Shown: piece by piece, positions 40,109 to 54,608 of the stretch
Layout: every line of letters starts with the position of its first letter
Numbering within the stretch: the stretch's first letter is position 1
Origin: the human T2T-CHM13v2.0 reference genome, Homo sapiens
NCBI RefSeq assembly: GCF_009914755.1
Contig: NC_060940.1
DNA length: 64,000 nucleotides
Reading direction: 5' to 3' (one strand)
The notes under the pieces: generated by a model
The model's database searches: none
Told to the model about the DNA's origin: nothing
The model's input: the letters and a program-made list of their open reading frames with translations, nothing else
Translations under genes and position numbers: made by a program

Positions 40109-40290
40109 TGGGGATGAGGGGTGAGAGAGCATCAGGAAGAATAGCTTAATGCATGCTGGGCTTAATACCTAGGTGATGGGATGATCTGTGCGGCAAACCA
40201 TCATGGCACATGTTTACCTAAGTAACCAACCTGCACATCCTGAACACGTACACCTGAACTTAAAAGTTGATGTTAAAAAAAAAAAAAAAA
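40109..40290 (+). mobile_element. Very short L1PA/PB 3' end with poly-A
   Basis: gcatcaggaagaatagc..aatgcatgctgggcttaatacctaggtgatggg...ctgaacttaaaagtt plus A-tail; aaaacttaaaaa flanks. Confidence 0.85.
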
Positions 40291-42017
40291 GAAAAAACTT
40301 AAAAACAGAGTATCTTTCATTCAACAATGCGAAGAATATTTAAAATGTTCTCTAAACTAAGACTCTAAACATCTCATATACTAGAAAAGTGGTGGTAGGG
40401 TCTCAGCATGAGAAAGGGGAAATAATACAGAAAACATCTGAGCACATCCTGGGTAATGGGTTCCTTGAGGTCAGCATGACCTCTTCCTGGCTCACTAACA
40501 TGGTAGCCAAATTAGTGAACAGCTACCTGCCCCAGGACACAGAGCTAGAAAGATGTGTCTGGCTTCTAACCCAAGCTCCTTCCACCAAACTGTACTGCCT
40601 CTAAGGTAGTTGGAGGTTTCCAGGCATTTTCCAAGATCTATTCTATATATAAAGAGCAACACGATGCTAAAGTCTAGCCCTGTCTTATTCTTCCCAACAA
40701 TTTCTTCCCAGAAACTATGTAACAAGCCAGTCCATATTTTCTTGAGAAATAGTGTTATAAATGGAAAACACATTCTTTACCAAAGCTGAGCTGGTGAACG
40801 CCAATCAAGGATGCTGGCAAAGGTGTTACAACACCGGGTGAGTTGTGAAGTTAAATGACCTCCACATCCCTTTCCATTCTACCAGTCCACAAGTATAGAA
40901 TTCCATCACTCAGTACCAAAGAACACAGACATGACTGGTAATGCCACAAAAGCAAAAATCCAACAAGACACAATATTTGTATACATGGCCCCCATAAAAT
41001 AGAAACCTAAAATATGTAAGATACCAAATATACTATTATCATCATTGAAATATGGTTTAAACCAAAGTACAAGGCAAAATATATCTAAACATTTAATTCA
41101 CATTAACTTTTGTCTTCTATGAAGTGAGAGCATCTTTCAAACTTCTCTAGCTTCTTTCTCTCCTTGAAAGCGCTTCCTACAGCAGGCAGAGGCAATCCAA
41201 GCCATTCCATCACAAGATGCGCTCAAAGTTGGGATCATTCCTCTCACAAACAATTGCTGCCTGCAGCATTTAAATATTTAAAGAACTTCAGGCAGTAAAA
41301 TGAGTTTGAAAAAAAGAAAAATATCTATTTAAAGAACTTGAACTAAAAGGGTTTCAAGAATAAAAGATTATTGTGTCCAGTAATCTTCCCCAACCCCGGC
41401 CCTCCTGGAAGGGAACAGAGCAGACTGAAACAGTGAGTATGAAAGGTAGCAAGGCCAACGGACTCCTCTGCCTTGGCTGATGGGGAGGGAGGTTCACGGC
41501 TAAATACTAGAGAAAAGAGTCCCAGAGATTTAATAGTACCCAGGATTGGCCAGACCCCACCCCTCCTCCATCTCTCCCTACCTTTATAAATCAATGGTCA
41601 GCACTAGCACTCGGGGTCTTGTTGCAGAAACCACTGAATTAATAAAGAAAGTCCCTGAGAAGTATACATATATAACACACTGAGTGTGAAGGATGCAGAA
41701 ATCCAAATCCTAGACACTCACACGGATAATCAAATTAATCACATCAACCCTCACATCAACGAATAAAGCCCTGAAATCTGCCTGGCTCCCAAAAGGCTCA
41801 AGCAGGCCCTTAGCCCAATGATTCCATTTCCAAGACTCAATCTCAAGGAAATACAGAATTAAAATTCAAAAAAAGTGAAAGAGCATAAAGATATTCAACA
41901 ATGTTACACGAAAAGTTAAAAACCAGAAACAATATAGATGTTCAGCAATGGGGAAGGGTTAGATAACATTAGAGATCTATCAACAGAACATTCTGTGGTC
42001 ATTAAAAAGTATTTATA

Positions 42018-42317
42018 GGCCGGGCGCAGTGGCTCATGCCTGTAATCCCAGCACTTTGGGAGGCCAAGGAGGGCAGATCACCAGGTCAGGAGATCGAGAC
42101 CATCCTGGCCAACATGGTGAAACCCCGTCTCTATTAAAAATACAAAAATTAGCTGGGTGTGGTGGTGTGTGCCTGTAGTCCCAGCTACTCGGGAGGCTGA
42201 GGCAGGAGAATTGCTTGAACCCGGGAGGCGGAGGTTACAGTGAGCCTAGATCACGCCACCACACTCCAGCCTGGTGAGAGAGCGAGACTCCGTCGCAAAA
42301 AAAAAAAAAAAAAAAAA
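42018..42317 (+). mobile_element. Alu (AluSc-like)
   Basis: Dimeric Alu with A-tail; TSD aaaaagtatttata. Confidence 0.93.
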
Positions 42318-42799
42318 GTATTTATAAAAAATTAAGTGTCCACATCAAGCTACTTCTGTTACAATACTAGGCGTGAAGATGAGGATGCAGAAGGCATGCG
42401 CCACTCACCCCTCACTGTGCTGCTGTGCTTCTGAATTTGTGACCTGTCTATCCACCCCACTCTAGCCCATGAGGTGAGGCGGCAGGCTCCTTTCCCCGAC
42501 AGCTGACCCTCCCCCTCCAGCACGCTCTGGCCACTCTCTCCTCTGGCTCTGATCTCTGCCCACTGCTCACACCTCCACCACAGAACCCATGATGTGGGAC
42601 TCCTTTTTAAACCATATCTGTACCCACATCTCCCTCTACTTGATTACACTCTCAGAAGACAGAGGCTGGGGACCTACTGATCTCTGCTGTGATAGAGCCC
42701 AGGGCAAGCAGGATGTGAGGGGCTCAATAAATGTTCACTTGAACAACAACAACAAAATGCCAGTAAAATCCCAACAGTGGAAAATAATGGCAAAAACTT

Positions 42800-43235
42800 A
42801 AGAGAAAAACACGTCAAGTATATACTACATACCAAAATATTACCTACATACAGTGGAACATTACTCAGCCCTAAAGAGGCAGGAAATTCTGATACCTGCC
42901 ACAACATGGATGAACCTTACAGACATTATGCTACATGAAATAACCAGTCACAAAAGAACAAATATTGAATGATTCCATTTAAAAGAGGTACCAAGAGTAG
43001 TCAAATTCACAGAGACAGAAAGTATGGTGCTTGTCATGGCTGAAGGGAGAGAAAATGGGAATTAGTGTTTATTAGGTACAGAGTTTAAGTCTGGGAAGAT
43101 TAAAAAACTTGTAGAGATGGATAGTGATAATGGTTGCACAACAATGTGAGTGTACTTAATGTCACTGAACTGTACACTTAAAAATGGTTAAAATGGTACA
43201 TTTTCTTATGTATATTTTATCGCAATTAAAAAAAA
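42800..43235 (+). mobile_element. L1MB-type 3' end
   Basis: acaacatggatgaacctt...gtagtcaaattcacagagacagaaagta...ttgcacaacaatgtgagtgtacttaatgtcactgaactgtacacttaaaaatgg. Confidence 0.85.
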
Positions 43236-43399
43236 TGTTACCAGTGGTTATCTCAGTGATAAGCCCATGGATGATGGTATTCTTTCCACCTCTAGACTCT
43301 AAATTTCATGATGAACATAGTTGCTTTTATAAATGACAAGGTCAATTTAACCTTAAAACAAAAAGAAAAACCCTTCTAAGTCACTTTAAAGACACTATA

Positions 43400-43566
43400 A
43401 AAGTGTCATGCACTTGTATCCCAGCTACTCTGGAGAATAAGGCAGGAGACTTGCTTGAGCCCAGAAGTTCAAGGCTGTAGTGTGTGATAATCACATCTGT
43501 GAATAGCTACTGTACTCCAGCCTGGGCAACACAGCAACAGCTCATCTTTAATTAAAAAAAAAAAAA
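43400..43566 (+). mobile_element. FAM (fossil Alu monomer)-like
   Basis: Monomer retaining 7SL-type ctgtgaatagc.actg.actccagcctgggcaac and an A-tail. Confidence 0.7.
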
Positions 43567-43931
43567 GTAGTTCACAATCATTTAAAATGAGAGAGAAGAT
43601 AGAACTCAAGGAACTCTATCTAGCAAAACCGTAAATGGGGAGTGCAGGTTAGGTAAACAAAGAGCAAATCCTCAGTTGACCAGACAATGCCATCTGCACA
43701 TACCACTCCCCAATCAGTCAGCTACCTACTGGACGACCCAACTCAGGAAAAGGAGGAAGAATGTTCGTTTATTTGCTCTTGGGCAGAGATCCAGAGGATG
43801 GAAACTGCCCTCACAGTTGGCACACTGCCTACCGGAGGGGAAATGAGGCTCTAAAGTCAAGTCACCCTGCCACAAGCAAACCCGTCTGAAGGACTCGCCA
43901 GCACAGACACGCAGCCTCTCACACTGCAGAC

Positions 43932-44157
43932 CTGTGTAGTGCCCCCCTTGCATGGTGCCATGGTGATTGCACACAGCATACAGGTCATAGATGTAGTCCT
44001 CAGGGTCCCTCCCGAGTCCATAGGGCCGTCTCCACGGGGACCAATGCGATGGCAAACTCCAGCTGCTCTGGCTCCTCTTAACCACGTGAGGTGTCATGTC
44101 CAGGCCAGTCAAGGGGAATTTGACCATGTTCTGAAGTTTCATGCGCCTGTCTCCTTC
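43932..44157 (-). CDS. USP31: USP31 exon 13: EGDRRMKLQNMVKFPLTGLDM...YDLYAVCNHHGTMQGGHYT; contains the catalytic His box
   Basis: cttgcaacag|GAA ... ACA G|gtctgc; 226 nt, phase 0-1. Confidence 0.97.
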
Positions 44158-46423
44158 CTGTTGCAAGAAGAAAAACAAGTTCTGGTGATATTTTAATGCA
44201 AGCAGATGGCAGATCACTTTAGAGGGGAATGTGGATCCTATCAGACAAAGCGGTGTGAGTTACCTATCTGATGTTTCCCAAGACATACAAATCAGGGAAA
44301 CAGATGATAGTTTTAGCTATCTAGAGGAACAGGTTTTAATATCAGCTAAGGTGGAACCAGTAAGGATCCATATAGAGGGGGTAAATGAGCCTCTCTGAGT
44401 CTTCCTTTCCTTATCTGTTAAAGGGCTTTAAAGCATTTGACTTAAAAAAAAATGACAGTATCAGGTGGCTCTTCCTGATACCTCTGTCAAAGAGACATGA
44501 AAACTAATGATGTGATGGCTCCATGAAGGGCAAACCACAGCGCCTGGTGCAGAAGAGCCTCTTGATAAGCAGTGCCTGTTCCCCTCCACATCCTCCAACA
44601 GGCACATCACAAGGCAACACTGTCTTAGCTTAATATATCCACTCAGTGGCAATCTTTAGTAATCTGTATTTTCCATTAAACCTATAGGGAAATGCTTTGA
44701 AATCCAACCATCAGTTGAAGAGATAATGACTGAATGTTTCCTGTGTCTATGGGAACTTTAAAAAATTAACCAGGCATAGATATGTCCACCCTAAGGAGCT
44801 ACGTATAGGTCTGTGAAGGGAAGAAAAATGTTCATGAGAGAAAGGGATGATGGGTCCTGGGTGGTCAGGAAGGCCAGCCTGAAGAATCTGGAGTGTATCC
44901 TCTGTGGCTTTTATGGAAAAGGTGATGTCACCAGAGTTGTGGGTCAAGAACTGTGTAAGCAGTGCACAGAACATGTTAGAAATAGGAGTAATGGAGGTGA
45001 AAAATCAATTAAAATCATTGCAACAGTGACCAGCTGAAAAGCAACAAAATGTCTGAACCAGCACGCTGTCTGACAGCAAGAATGGGGAGGGGACACACAG
45101 GAGTCGATGAAGAGGCATGGCCATGCCTAGATGAGAGGGACAAGAAAGAAGAGTCAAAGAGGACACTGCAGGTTTGCCTCTGGATTGCTGGAAGGGTGGT
45201 GACATGCCTTCAAAAGAAAACAGAAAGCCCAGGAAATTACTCTGTGTCTGGGGAAGGAGAAACAGCAGGCTGGGATCCAAACCCTCAGCCAGCTTTCCAC
45301 CTGCAGATCCCAACGGAATACACAGTGGGTGCCAAATGCCCACTCTTCACTCCCATAGGAGCTGAACCTCAAACCTCTGTGTGAAAGCCCCAGACCTGGG
45401 GACCATCTGTGTGTTGCCCCTGATACCTCCGCCTCCTCAGACAGTCCTCAACATCTCTCCGTCTCTACTGCCACAACCTATCCCATCTACTAGCAGCCCA
45501 CCCTGGATGAAGGCAAGGGCCTCCTTCAGGTCTCCCCATCTTCATTCTTGTAGCCTCTAATCTGTTATCTACACAATATCCAGAATAATATTTTCAAAAT
45601 ACAGATTTAGTAAGGTTGCTTCTCTGCTTATAACCCTTCATCGGAATCCTACTCCGCCCCCAAAGGGTTCCTTGGACAACCAGCATCCACCCACGTCTTC
45701 CATCAACTCCCGCCACTGCCCACCCCTCTGGACTGCCTGCCCACCTGGCCTGCTCCCAGCCTCTCGTGCAGGCTGTGCTTTCTCCACTGTCGGGCTTTGC
45801 ACACACTGCTCTCTCTGCCCCCGTGTGGGAGATCCCTGCTTCCACCTCACCTAGTAAAAGCTTGCTCATCTTTCAGATACAAACTAAGAGCCAGGCCTTG
45901 TGGAGTCCGCTAATGTTTACTTCCCATTTACCTCTTACAATGAGACTGTCTAGACAATCCTAACCTCAGGGAATAGACAGCCTTTTTGGAAAAACTGACT
46001 CACAAAGCAATACAATTCAAAGCAGATTTTCTTTGTATTTATTTATGACTCATCTCCCCAACCATACAACAGCTTCTCAGGAGCAGAACACCCATATTAC
46101 ATTAGGTAGAAACAGAATTCTACCTCCCCCAGAAAGGATCTCTACTTAGTTCTTTTTAAATCCCAGAGTACACTTAACAAAATTTAGGCACGACATTTAC
46201 AAGTCAAGTAAAATATCTGCAATCTGAACTAAAATCAAATTTTGCCTTGGGAAAGAACAAAACATTACCCTAAACACAGGGGCAAAAGTGTGTCTATAAC
46301 ATACACAGACAGGACTCACTGGATCAAACAGGTATACCAAAGAACCCTCACAGAGCCCATCAGCAGGGGGCATAAGAAACTTGTCACAACTTGTTTGTTC
46401 CTGAGGATAAAGGATTTCCATAC

Positions 46424-46543
46424 CTGCCGAAATCTCTTTAGATGTATAATAAGCACATCAGGCAGAGTCCAGAGGCTTAACGTAATGCTTCCCTGCTGCA
46501 GCTGCTTACAGTGTGGGCAACGCCAGGCATCATCGGGGGCAAG
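46424..46543 (-). CDS. USP31: USP31 exon 12: LAPDDAWRCPHCKQLQQGSITLSLWTLPDVLIIHLKRFRQ
   Basis: gttttcag|CTT ... CAG|gtatgg; 120 nt; CxxC and LPxxLIIHLKRF USP motifs (not in the ORF track). Confidence 0.97.
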
Positions 46544-46787
46544 CTGAAAACAGAAGCATGACTCCCGTTAAGTGCCACTTAATGCAAGACTGTGTTACAG
46601 CTGGACTAATGCCTTAGCCAGGGCATGGTGCAACTCAAAATCTCTCTGTAAACCGCAGATGCTGGGCATCAATGGAATAACACAATCAAAAGTAGCCAGA
46701 GCTGGCACCCAAACTCTAAACAGATTCTGGTTTGTTGAATAGATTATCCCTCAAAGAGGAACGACTAAATCGGTAAATACTGTATAA

Positions 46788-47115
<328 letters not shown>

Positions 47116-48844
47116 AGATGTCACTTTCTATGTGCCATGCACTGCTCTGGATACTGGAATTATTTAGTGATCAAGACAGATGGAGTACCTGCTCTCATGG
47201 AGCATATACTGTCTCAATTCTGTCCCTCACTTCCTGTCCTCCAGCCATACTGGCTTCATTTCTGTTTGACAGTCTTGCCAAAGGGCTTTTGCTTCCTCCT
47301 CCAGGAACTTTGCTTCCTTTATTTACTTGTTCCACTAGACTACAAACAGCATGAAGGCAAAAATGTTGTTTATGTTGGCCCCTGCTACTTCTTCAGTACC
47401 AGTACGATACCTAACATGGTATGTACTCAAAAAACACCTACTGAATGAATGAGCCCCTGTTAAAAGGTATCCTGCTACCATTCTAGATCAGTGAGATGTG
47501 TTGTGGAATACCAGTGCTGCCATCTAGTAGATTTGCTCATCCATTATCTTTGTGCCATTATCAAACATCTCCAAAGTCATTAAAAAAAAAAAAAAAAAGC
47601 TAAACAGGGCAAGGTGTCATAGAGAACCTACAGTCAACCAATTCCAAAGCCAACTATTTCATAATTGAGTGCAAACCTGGCGGGGGGGAGGGGGGGAAGG
47701 GGTGAAAAAAAAAACCCATGTCTTATGAAAAACTATTATTAAAGAAACTAGCTAAAAACAGTGTGGGGGAGAGAAGACTCGCTGGAAATACAAAAGCTAT
47801 TTTCAAATATTCGAACAACAGACAAAAATAATATTAGGACTTCTGAGTCATAATGAATTTAAGACAGAGAACAACTGTTGGCTATAGTAACCAGTGGACA
47901 TATTTCAGGTTAACTTCAGTCACCATCAGAGCCATCCAGAGAAAACATGGTCTATCTCTGTCTTAACGAGGCAAACTACCTCATAACAAAAGATACTCAA
48001 ACTCAGGCTAAGCAATCACCTATTTGAAATTAAGCAGAAGAAGAACCCAACCACCAGAATAAAAGAGTTTTAAAGTCCCCTTCAATCCTGAAATTGCATG
48101 ACTCCATTTAAGAGTGAAGAGTTACAACTAGTAGTCAAAATTATGATCCTAGATATCAATGCAAGGTTAGATGACTCCAAGTACTCTAGTCAATGTTTAT
48201 AAGGTGCATAAAAATCACACAGGCCTGGGCCCCACCCAAAGAGGCTTATTTATCCATCTCTCTGTCCATCCATTCATTTAAATACTTACTGGGTCCCTAC
48301 TACCTGCGAAGCCTTGCTGTCTACTTTCTGGTCTATATCTACGCTGTTCAATATGGGACCCACTAGCCACCATGTGTCTGCTGAGCACTTGAAACATGAC
48401 TAATGCAACGAAGGAACTGAATTATTTACTTCACTTAATTTTAATTAATTTTTTAAATTTAATTAATTTAAATTTAAATAGGTCCTGGCACTTATGTTCT
48501 TAGTACCAAAAAGTCAAGAATCACTGTTTAAGTTACTAAGGAAAAGATCTTAAAACTTCTAAATTGAGAAAGAAAATCACCAAAACTTGATCATTAACCA
48601 TTAAAAAGAACTATGAAGGTTCATTTCCAGAGTACTTCAATTAATCACGGTTTTCTAGAAACTTACAACTTCTTGTTAAAGTCCTAAAAGCAAGAGCATT
48701 AAGATGCTCATTACATGTGCAGACTTACATATATGCAAAATCCTGCGGCGACTTCTGGGGCGTGATTTGTTTCTCCACTATCACCTTGCCATGCCCCACT
48801 CCCCACTGCCCTGAGCAACCAAGAAATGCTGCCCAGTCTCTTAC

Positions 48845-48974
48845 CCGCTCCTCTTTGGTGTACAGTTGGAAACACTGGGATAAAGTGCAGGTTTGAGGCT
48901 GATGATGACGCTCCCTTTGCAGACGAACACTTTCTGCATCAGGAATATACTCATCCTCAGTATTTACAAATAAG
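48845..48974 (-). CDS. USP31: USP31 exon 11: (F)LFVNTEDEYIPDAESV...CTLSQCFQLYTKEER
   Basis: aattgcag|C TTA ... CGG|gtaaga; 130 nt, phase 2-0. Confidence 0.96.
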
Positions 48975-49569
48975 CTGCAATTAGGGGGAAAAGCATCTAT
49001 CAGGGAATGTCTTGCAAAACAGAAGGAAAAATACAATTATGGCTTCATGAAGTGACTACAAACTCATAACCGAAGGAAAAAAAAAATCAATGTGTAAGAA
49101 AACAAAAGTAGTGACCCAACTTTTCTATATTCCAAAATGTTCTTGAAAAGTTCTCTGTATACAAAGTTATTTCCAGAACTAACTTGATTTTTCTGGGTTT
49201 GGCCATGAACTGTACTGGTTAAACCACATATTCCTGTCCTTTACATCTAAGAACATGCATCTGACATTGCTTTCTAGAATTAATGGGCCTGTAATAAAAA
49301 TCAAAGTAAATTGAACCTATATAGTAGCTAATGAGTATACAGCTTCTCTTTCAGCAGTGAACAAATGTTCTAAGGTTCTGGGATTGGGAAGAGAGAATGT
49401 ATAGGAAAGGAATAATAAACTGCTTAAATAAAGGGTTAACAACACACCTGGATACTTAGCTAAAGAGAAGAGAGATTTGTGTTTCAGCTCATTTAACATA
49501 TCAAAGGTGTGCTATAAAAATGATAATTAAAACAATGTTTCTATAAACACTAACTTTAAAAATACTCAC

Positions 49570-49647
49570 AAATCTCTTGTCTCCTTGTCCCACTCGACTA
49601 CTAATTTCACATGAGCAGTGCCACCTGGTCCACAAGATTTTAATGCC
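49570..49647 (-). CDS. USP31: USP31 exon 10: (R)ALKSCGPGGTAHVKLVVEWDKETRD(F)
   Basis: ttctatag|G GCA ... GAT TT|gtgagt; 78 nt, phase 2-2. Confidence 0.94.
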
Positions 49648-51076
49648 CTATAGAACCAGGGAAGTGGAGAGGGAAGCCACATATTATTTTCTAAACAAAT
49701 GATTTTACTTAATGTGATTATGTCCTACCCAAAATCATAATTTCAGGTGATTAATGAAAATCTTCATCATAGTTCCCCATCAGAAAAAAGTTTTCAGCAA
49801 GACCACTATAACCACTGATTTAATAACTACATTTCAACTAAACTGAAAAACCCTTAAATTAAAAAGCCCAATACAGTACTAATAATAAAGAGGTTGGAAG
49901 AAATTTAGTGTCATAAGGTTGATGATCACTCTCAGATAGTCATTATGACCTTCCCAATTTCTTGCCCAATTTTTCACCCACCCAAACAGACACTGGACGG
50001 TAGTCCCCTGGGAACAAAGTCGCCCCTTGCACCTTTCCACCTCTCCACCAACATGCCATGCCTGCTCTAGACTGCACCCTTCTTCCTCCTTCCTCCAAAG
50101 CTACCCCCGTCCCAAGTTCACTGGCTCCTTGCCATCTCCTGAGAAACCCAGAACTCAGTTAATATTACCTATCTCATCTTGTTTGTTATGCAATATTTTG
50201 GATTGTTGTCTACTAACTCTCATCTCTAAACCCAAACAGTAAGCTTTCAAGCAGGACCATATTGTATGCTTTTTTAGAATCCTGAAATATAGGCACTACA
50301 ATATTTGTTGAAAAAATCATTATAATAATTTTTATTATAAAAAATTTGAGTTTTCACATGTATATTATATATTCATAGATACATAGTGTGTATATATGTA
50401 TATTATTTTATTAATACAATAGAGTATTATAACAGATTTAGACAGCACAGAGGTAGCAGAGTAGAGTGACTAATTCTATGGGGCAGGTTGCTGGGGGTGG
50501 GAGGAGGAAGAGTATAAAAAAGGGCTTAAAGGAAAGGAATTACGGACGGAGGAAACCACACATGCAAAGCACGCATATAAAATAGTATCGCCTGTTCAAA
50601 CAATCATCTGTACTTTAATGCTGCTGAAAGGTTGGGATAGTGGGGAGAGGAAGAGCAAAGCCTGACAAAAGTAAGCGGAATTCAAACTGTGAAGAACTTC
50701 TTACATTGTGGAACACGGGCTTTATTTTTTAGGCCACAAGTTGCCATATAAGGGTTTTAAGGAAGAATGTGGCCTGATTAGAACGTTACTTTACAAAACT
50801 TCATTCCTGGTGAATATGAAAGTGTAATTTATCTACAGTCCTAGGACATACGTTAATTTGCTTTCCTAACCCAAGTCCTCCAGGGCTTTTCTTATTTCAA
50901 GAAAGATCATCAAACATATACCCAAGCACAAATCAAAAGTAAAATAAGTACTTAATTTCGAAATAAGCCTAAAGAACCCTGCACACTTATGTGGAAATTA
51001 TATAAGACATCACTTGAAATCACACATGAATATGTGTGAGATTCTAAAAGGTAATTTAAAAAAAAATTTTTTTTAC

Positions 51077-51171
51077 CTTTCTACTATTGGGTGGCACAAG
51101 GGCTGCTCCTCCTGGGGCAGCAAATATGTTATTCCAACAACACTGACCACACGCAAGCTGAATGGACACAC
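51077..51171 (-). CDS. USP31: USP31 exon 9: VCPFSLRVVSVVGITYLLPQEEQPLCHPIVE(R)
   Basis: gatgcag|GTG ... GAA AG|gtaaaa; 95 nt, phase 0-2. Confidence 0.94.
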
Positions 51172-51708
51172 CTGCATCAGATGTTAGATGAGAATTAAGC
51201 CAAATTTTTCTTCAAGGGCATCTGTTTCACAGTGGCATTTCCAAAACAGATTAGAGTTACAGTAAACTGTTTATTCTGCAAAATGCTTCACTATAAGATT
51301 CTATAAGGTTGTTGAGCCACTCTAATACACTTTAAATATTATTTACCCAAATGCGATTTACGTATCAAATATGTTATGCAAGACAAGTAACACATTGCCT
51401 TTACTAAACATCAGCTTAATGGTCTTCCACGGATACCTTAACATAGTAATAATTTTTAACATATACAGATAGACATTCTACTAAATCCTTTCCAAGCTGA
51501 TCATGTATTGAACGTTATTAGATAAATATTATAAAGGAATATGCAGCAGTTCAAGGAAAACCTTGCAGTGGCTAGCTCTTTCATAAAATGAGGGATAAAT
51601 TCTCAGTCCTGGAAATCTAAACACAAGAAACTCAAATTTCATTGTAATGTTTGTTTCTTCACTGAGTATATACCCATGCTATGCTGGAATATCAAAATGC
51701 TTACAAAC

Positions 51709-51820
51709 CTGAATGCAAACCGTGGGCCTCAAGAAATACTTCATCTTCTCCAAGATTTCCTTCTGCAGAAGGTCCCAAGCTATTGTCTTCTCTAAGTGCA
51801 GCACAAAAGGCAGTCCAAAT
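51709..51820 (-). CDS. USP31: USP31 exon 8: (R)FGLPFVLHLEKTIAWDLLQKEILEKMKYFLRPTVCIQ
   Basis: gtgtgttag|A TTT ... CAG|gtttgt; 112 nt, phase 2-0; FGxPF motif of USP insert regions. Confidence 0.95.
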
Positions 51821-52304
51821 CTAACACACATCAACAATGTAATCACCTTTAAAGTACGGTAATTCCTTTAACACTGTTATCTTTTTTTCTCGATCTCTTA
51901 AAACGGAATCACAATATAATTGGCTTTAGGACAGTTCTCAAAATAAAAGAAACAGGAAATTTAATAGTAACTCTTCATAAGGAGATGAACAGCTTGGATT
52001 TCTAAATGAAATTTAATAGCCAATACACCAAAATGGCTTCTAGGGGAGTATGGTGCTAGGACAGCAGGTGGCAACGGGGCAGGATCAGTGAAGATGGAGA
52101 GCACAGGGGGTGGGAGTGGACATGAGCCTGGCAAACAGCACAGGTCGAACTCATAAGAGGTTGGGTGCCAGAGGACTAGATAGGGCTGGAAGGTCTCACA
52201 GACAGGCAGCCACATTCTTGAGTCTCTGACAACAAGGGAGGCACTGGCAAGCAAGTGACAGTGAAAGTCAGCTCCAGAGCTATGTCCCACAGAGTCCAAG
52301 CAGT

Positions 52305-52500
52305 ACTGTGGTTCTTGGCCTCAGCTGCACAGACCGAAGACCAAAATCACAAGAGGAGCTTTAGAAAATAATGATGCCCAAGTCCAGCCCCCGGAGAGAT
52401 TCTGATGAAATCAGTCTGGAATATGATCTGAGCACTGAGATGTTTTTAGGGCCTCTCTGGGTGGTTCTAATATGCAGCCAATGTTGAGGACCACTATCCT
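52305..52500. mobile_element. MER5A-like DNA transposon
   Basis: ctgtggttct...gagattctgat...ggtggttctaatatgcagccaatgttgaggaccact. Confidence 0.7.
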
Positions 52501-53916
52501 AGCCTCAACTCTCATCCACGCCCAGTCAGTCAAACCTGAATTCCCTGAATGTGTCCTACTCTCACACATCCATGTCTTTTTGTCAGGGAACTCCCTCTGC
52601 TTAAAATACCCTCCCCACCCTTCTGAGTCTAGGCTGTCTCCTACTCACTCATGTGAAGACCCAGTGGAGGTATTCTTTTCCAGGAGGCACCCTGTTGGCT
52701 TGTTCCCTGTGTATACTGTGCTATAAACAATGCCTGCTTATTTTTCTGCCTCCACCAATAGGCTGTGAGTTATTTGATAGCAAGCACTGTGATTTATTTA
52801 TCTTAGTAGCGCAAACAGACAATGTCTAGAAAATAGATGAATGAATGAATGAACAAATGATCTAACAGATTAACTCTGACTCAGGCCCAGAGGGAAGTAG
52901 AGGTGCTAAGATCACCAAGAAACCAGTTTCCAACAACTATCAAACTGTTCGCTCACAGTGGTGCTTAACAGTGAACCAATCTGCCTAAAAACTACTGTGA
53001 GGTGAAATGAGTTACAAGTACATGTAAATCACCCAACCATATTTTTTTAAAATAATGACTTCACTCTTTAAGAGACTAGCATCATGAAGGGAATTCCACA
53101 GGTTCTTTACTTCATTCCTTCTGTGCCTGACACACACCAAGCTCCTCCTAGTCTTGTGTGCATGTACCGGGTGTTCCCTCTGCATGGGATCCTTTCCCCC
53201 CATGTTCACACAGCACACTGGGGCTCAGCTTGGCTGCGGTCTCTTCAGGGACGTCTTCCCTGACCTCCCTTCCTAATGTTGTCTTGCCAGCCTCCCACCA
53301 TCACACTCTATCATTCTAGTCTGTTTTAATGCCTTCGACGTGGTACGGACTGTCTGAAGTTAAAGACGTCTGCTTGTTCATAGTCGGTCTGTCCTAGCTA
53401 GGATGGAAGCTCCATGAGGACACAGACCTTGCCTGTCTTGTTCCCTGCTGAATCCCCAGTGTTTAGAACCATGCCCAACACACTGTAAACACTAAAATAC
53501 CTGTCAATGAATAGCATAAATATGCATATCAACACATTTTACATTTATGTTATTTACTATGCAGGGAACTTATTTCAAAGCAAAATTTTCAAAGGCTAAC
53601 ATAAAGGCTATTCTAACAAATGTTAAGAAACACTGAGTCCTTTCTCCTTGAAACATATCTGTCTCTTGTTAATACTCAGGTTACATTCCTACTGTGACAG
53701 AGTTACTTTAAAAGATAGTCTAAAACACCCATACACTCTTACAGAGGGCATTAGACAAATTTGAGAGAGATTTCTGACTCCCAAATTTCTGACTTAGAAA
53801 CCTGAATGAATGTGTGGTGCCATTTGCCAAGATGGGAAATACTGGAGAGCCAGTTTTAAAAGGAAAGAAAATTTGGACATACTTCAATTCAACTTGGGAC
53901 ATAAGACATAAGTTCA

Positions 53917-54462
<546 letters not shown>

Positions 54463-54608
54463 TCAACTTGTACATGTATTCTTTCTAAATATCAGAATCA
54501 AAAATTAACTACTAAAAGTAAGAACTTTTTGCCCATGCTTTTTAACATGTTTGAAAATACTGAACTGTTACAGTCTAGGTACTTACTGGAAAATAATCTG
54601 GTTCTCAC

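Noticed and set aside
52058-52076. CTCF-like motif aggacagcaggtggcaacg
   Set aside because: Single imperfect match; not supportable without ChIP data
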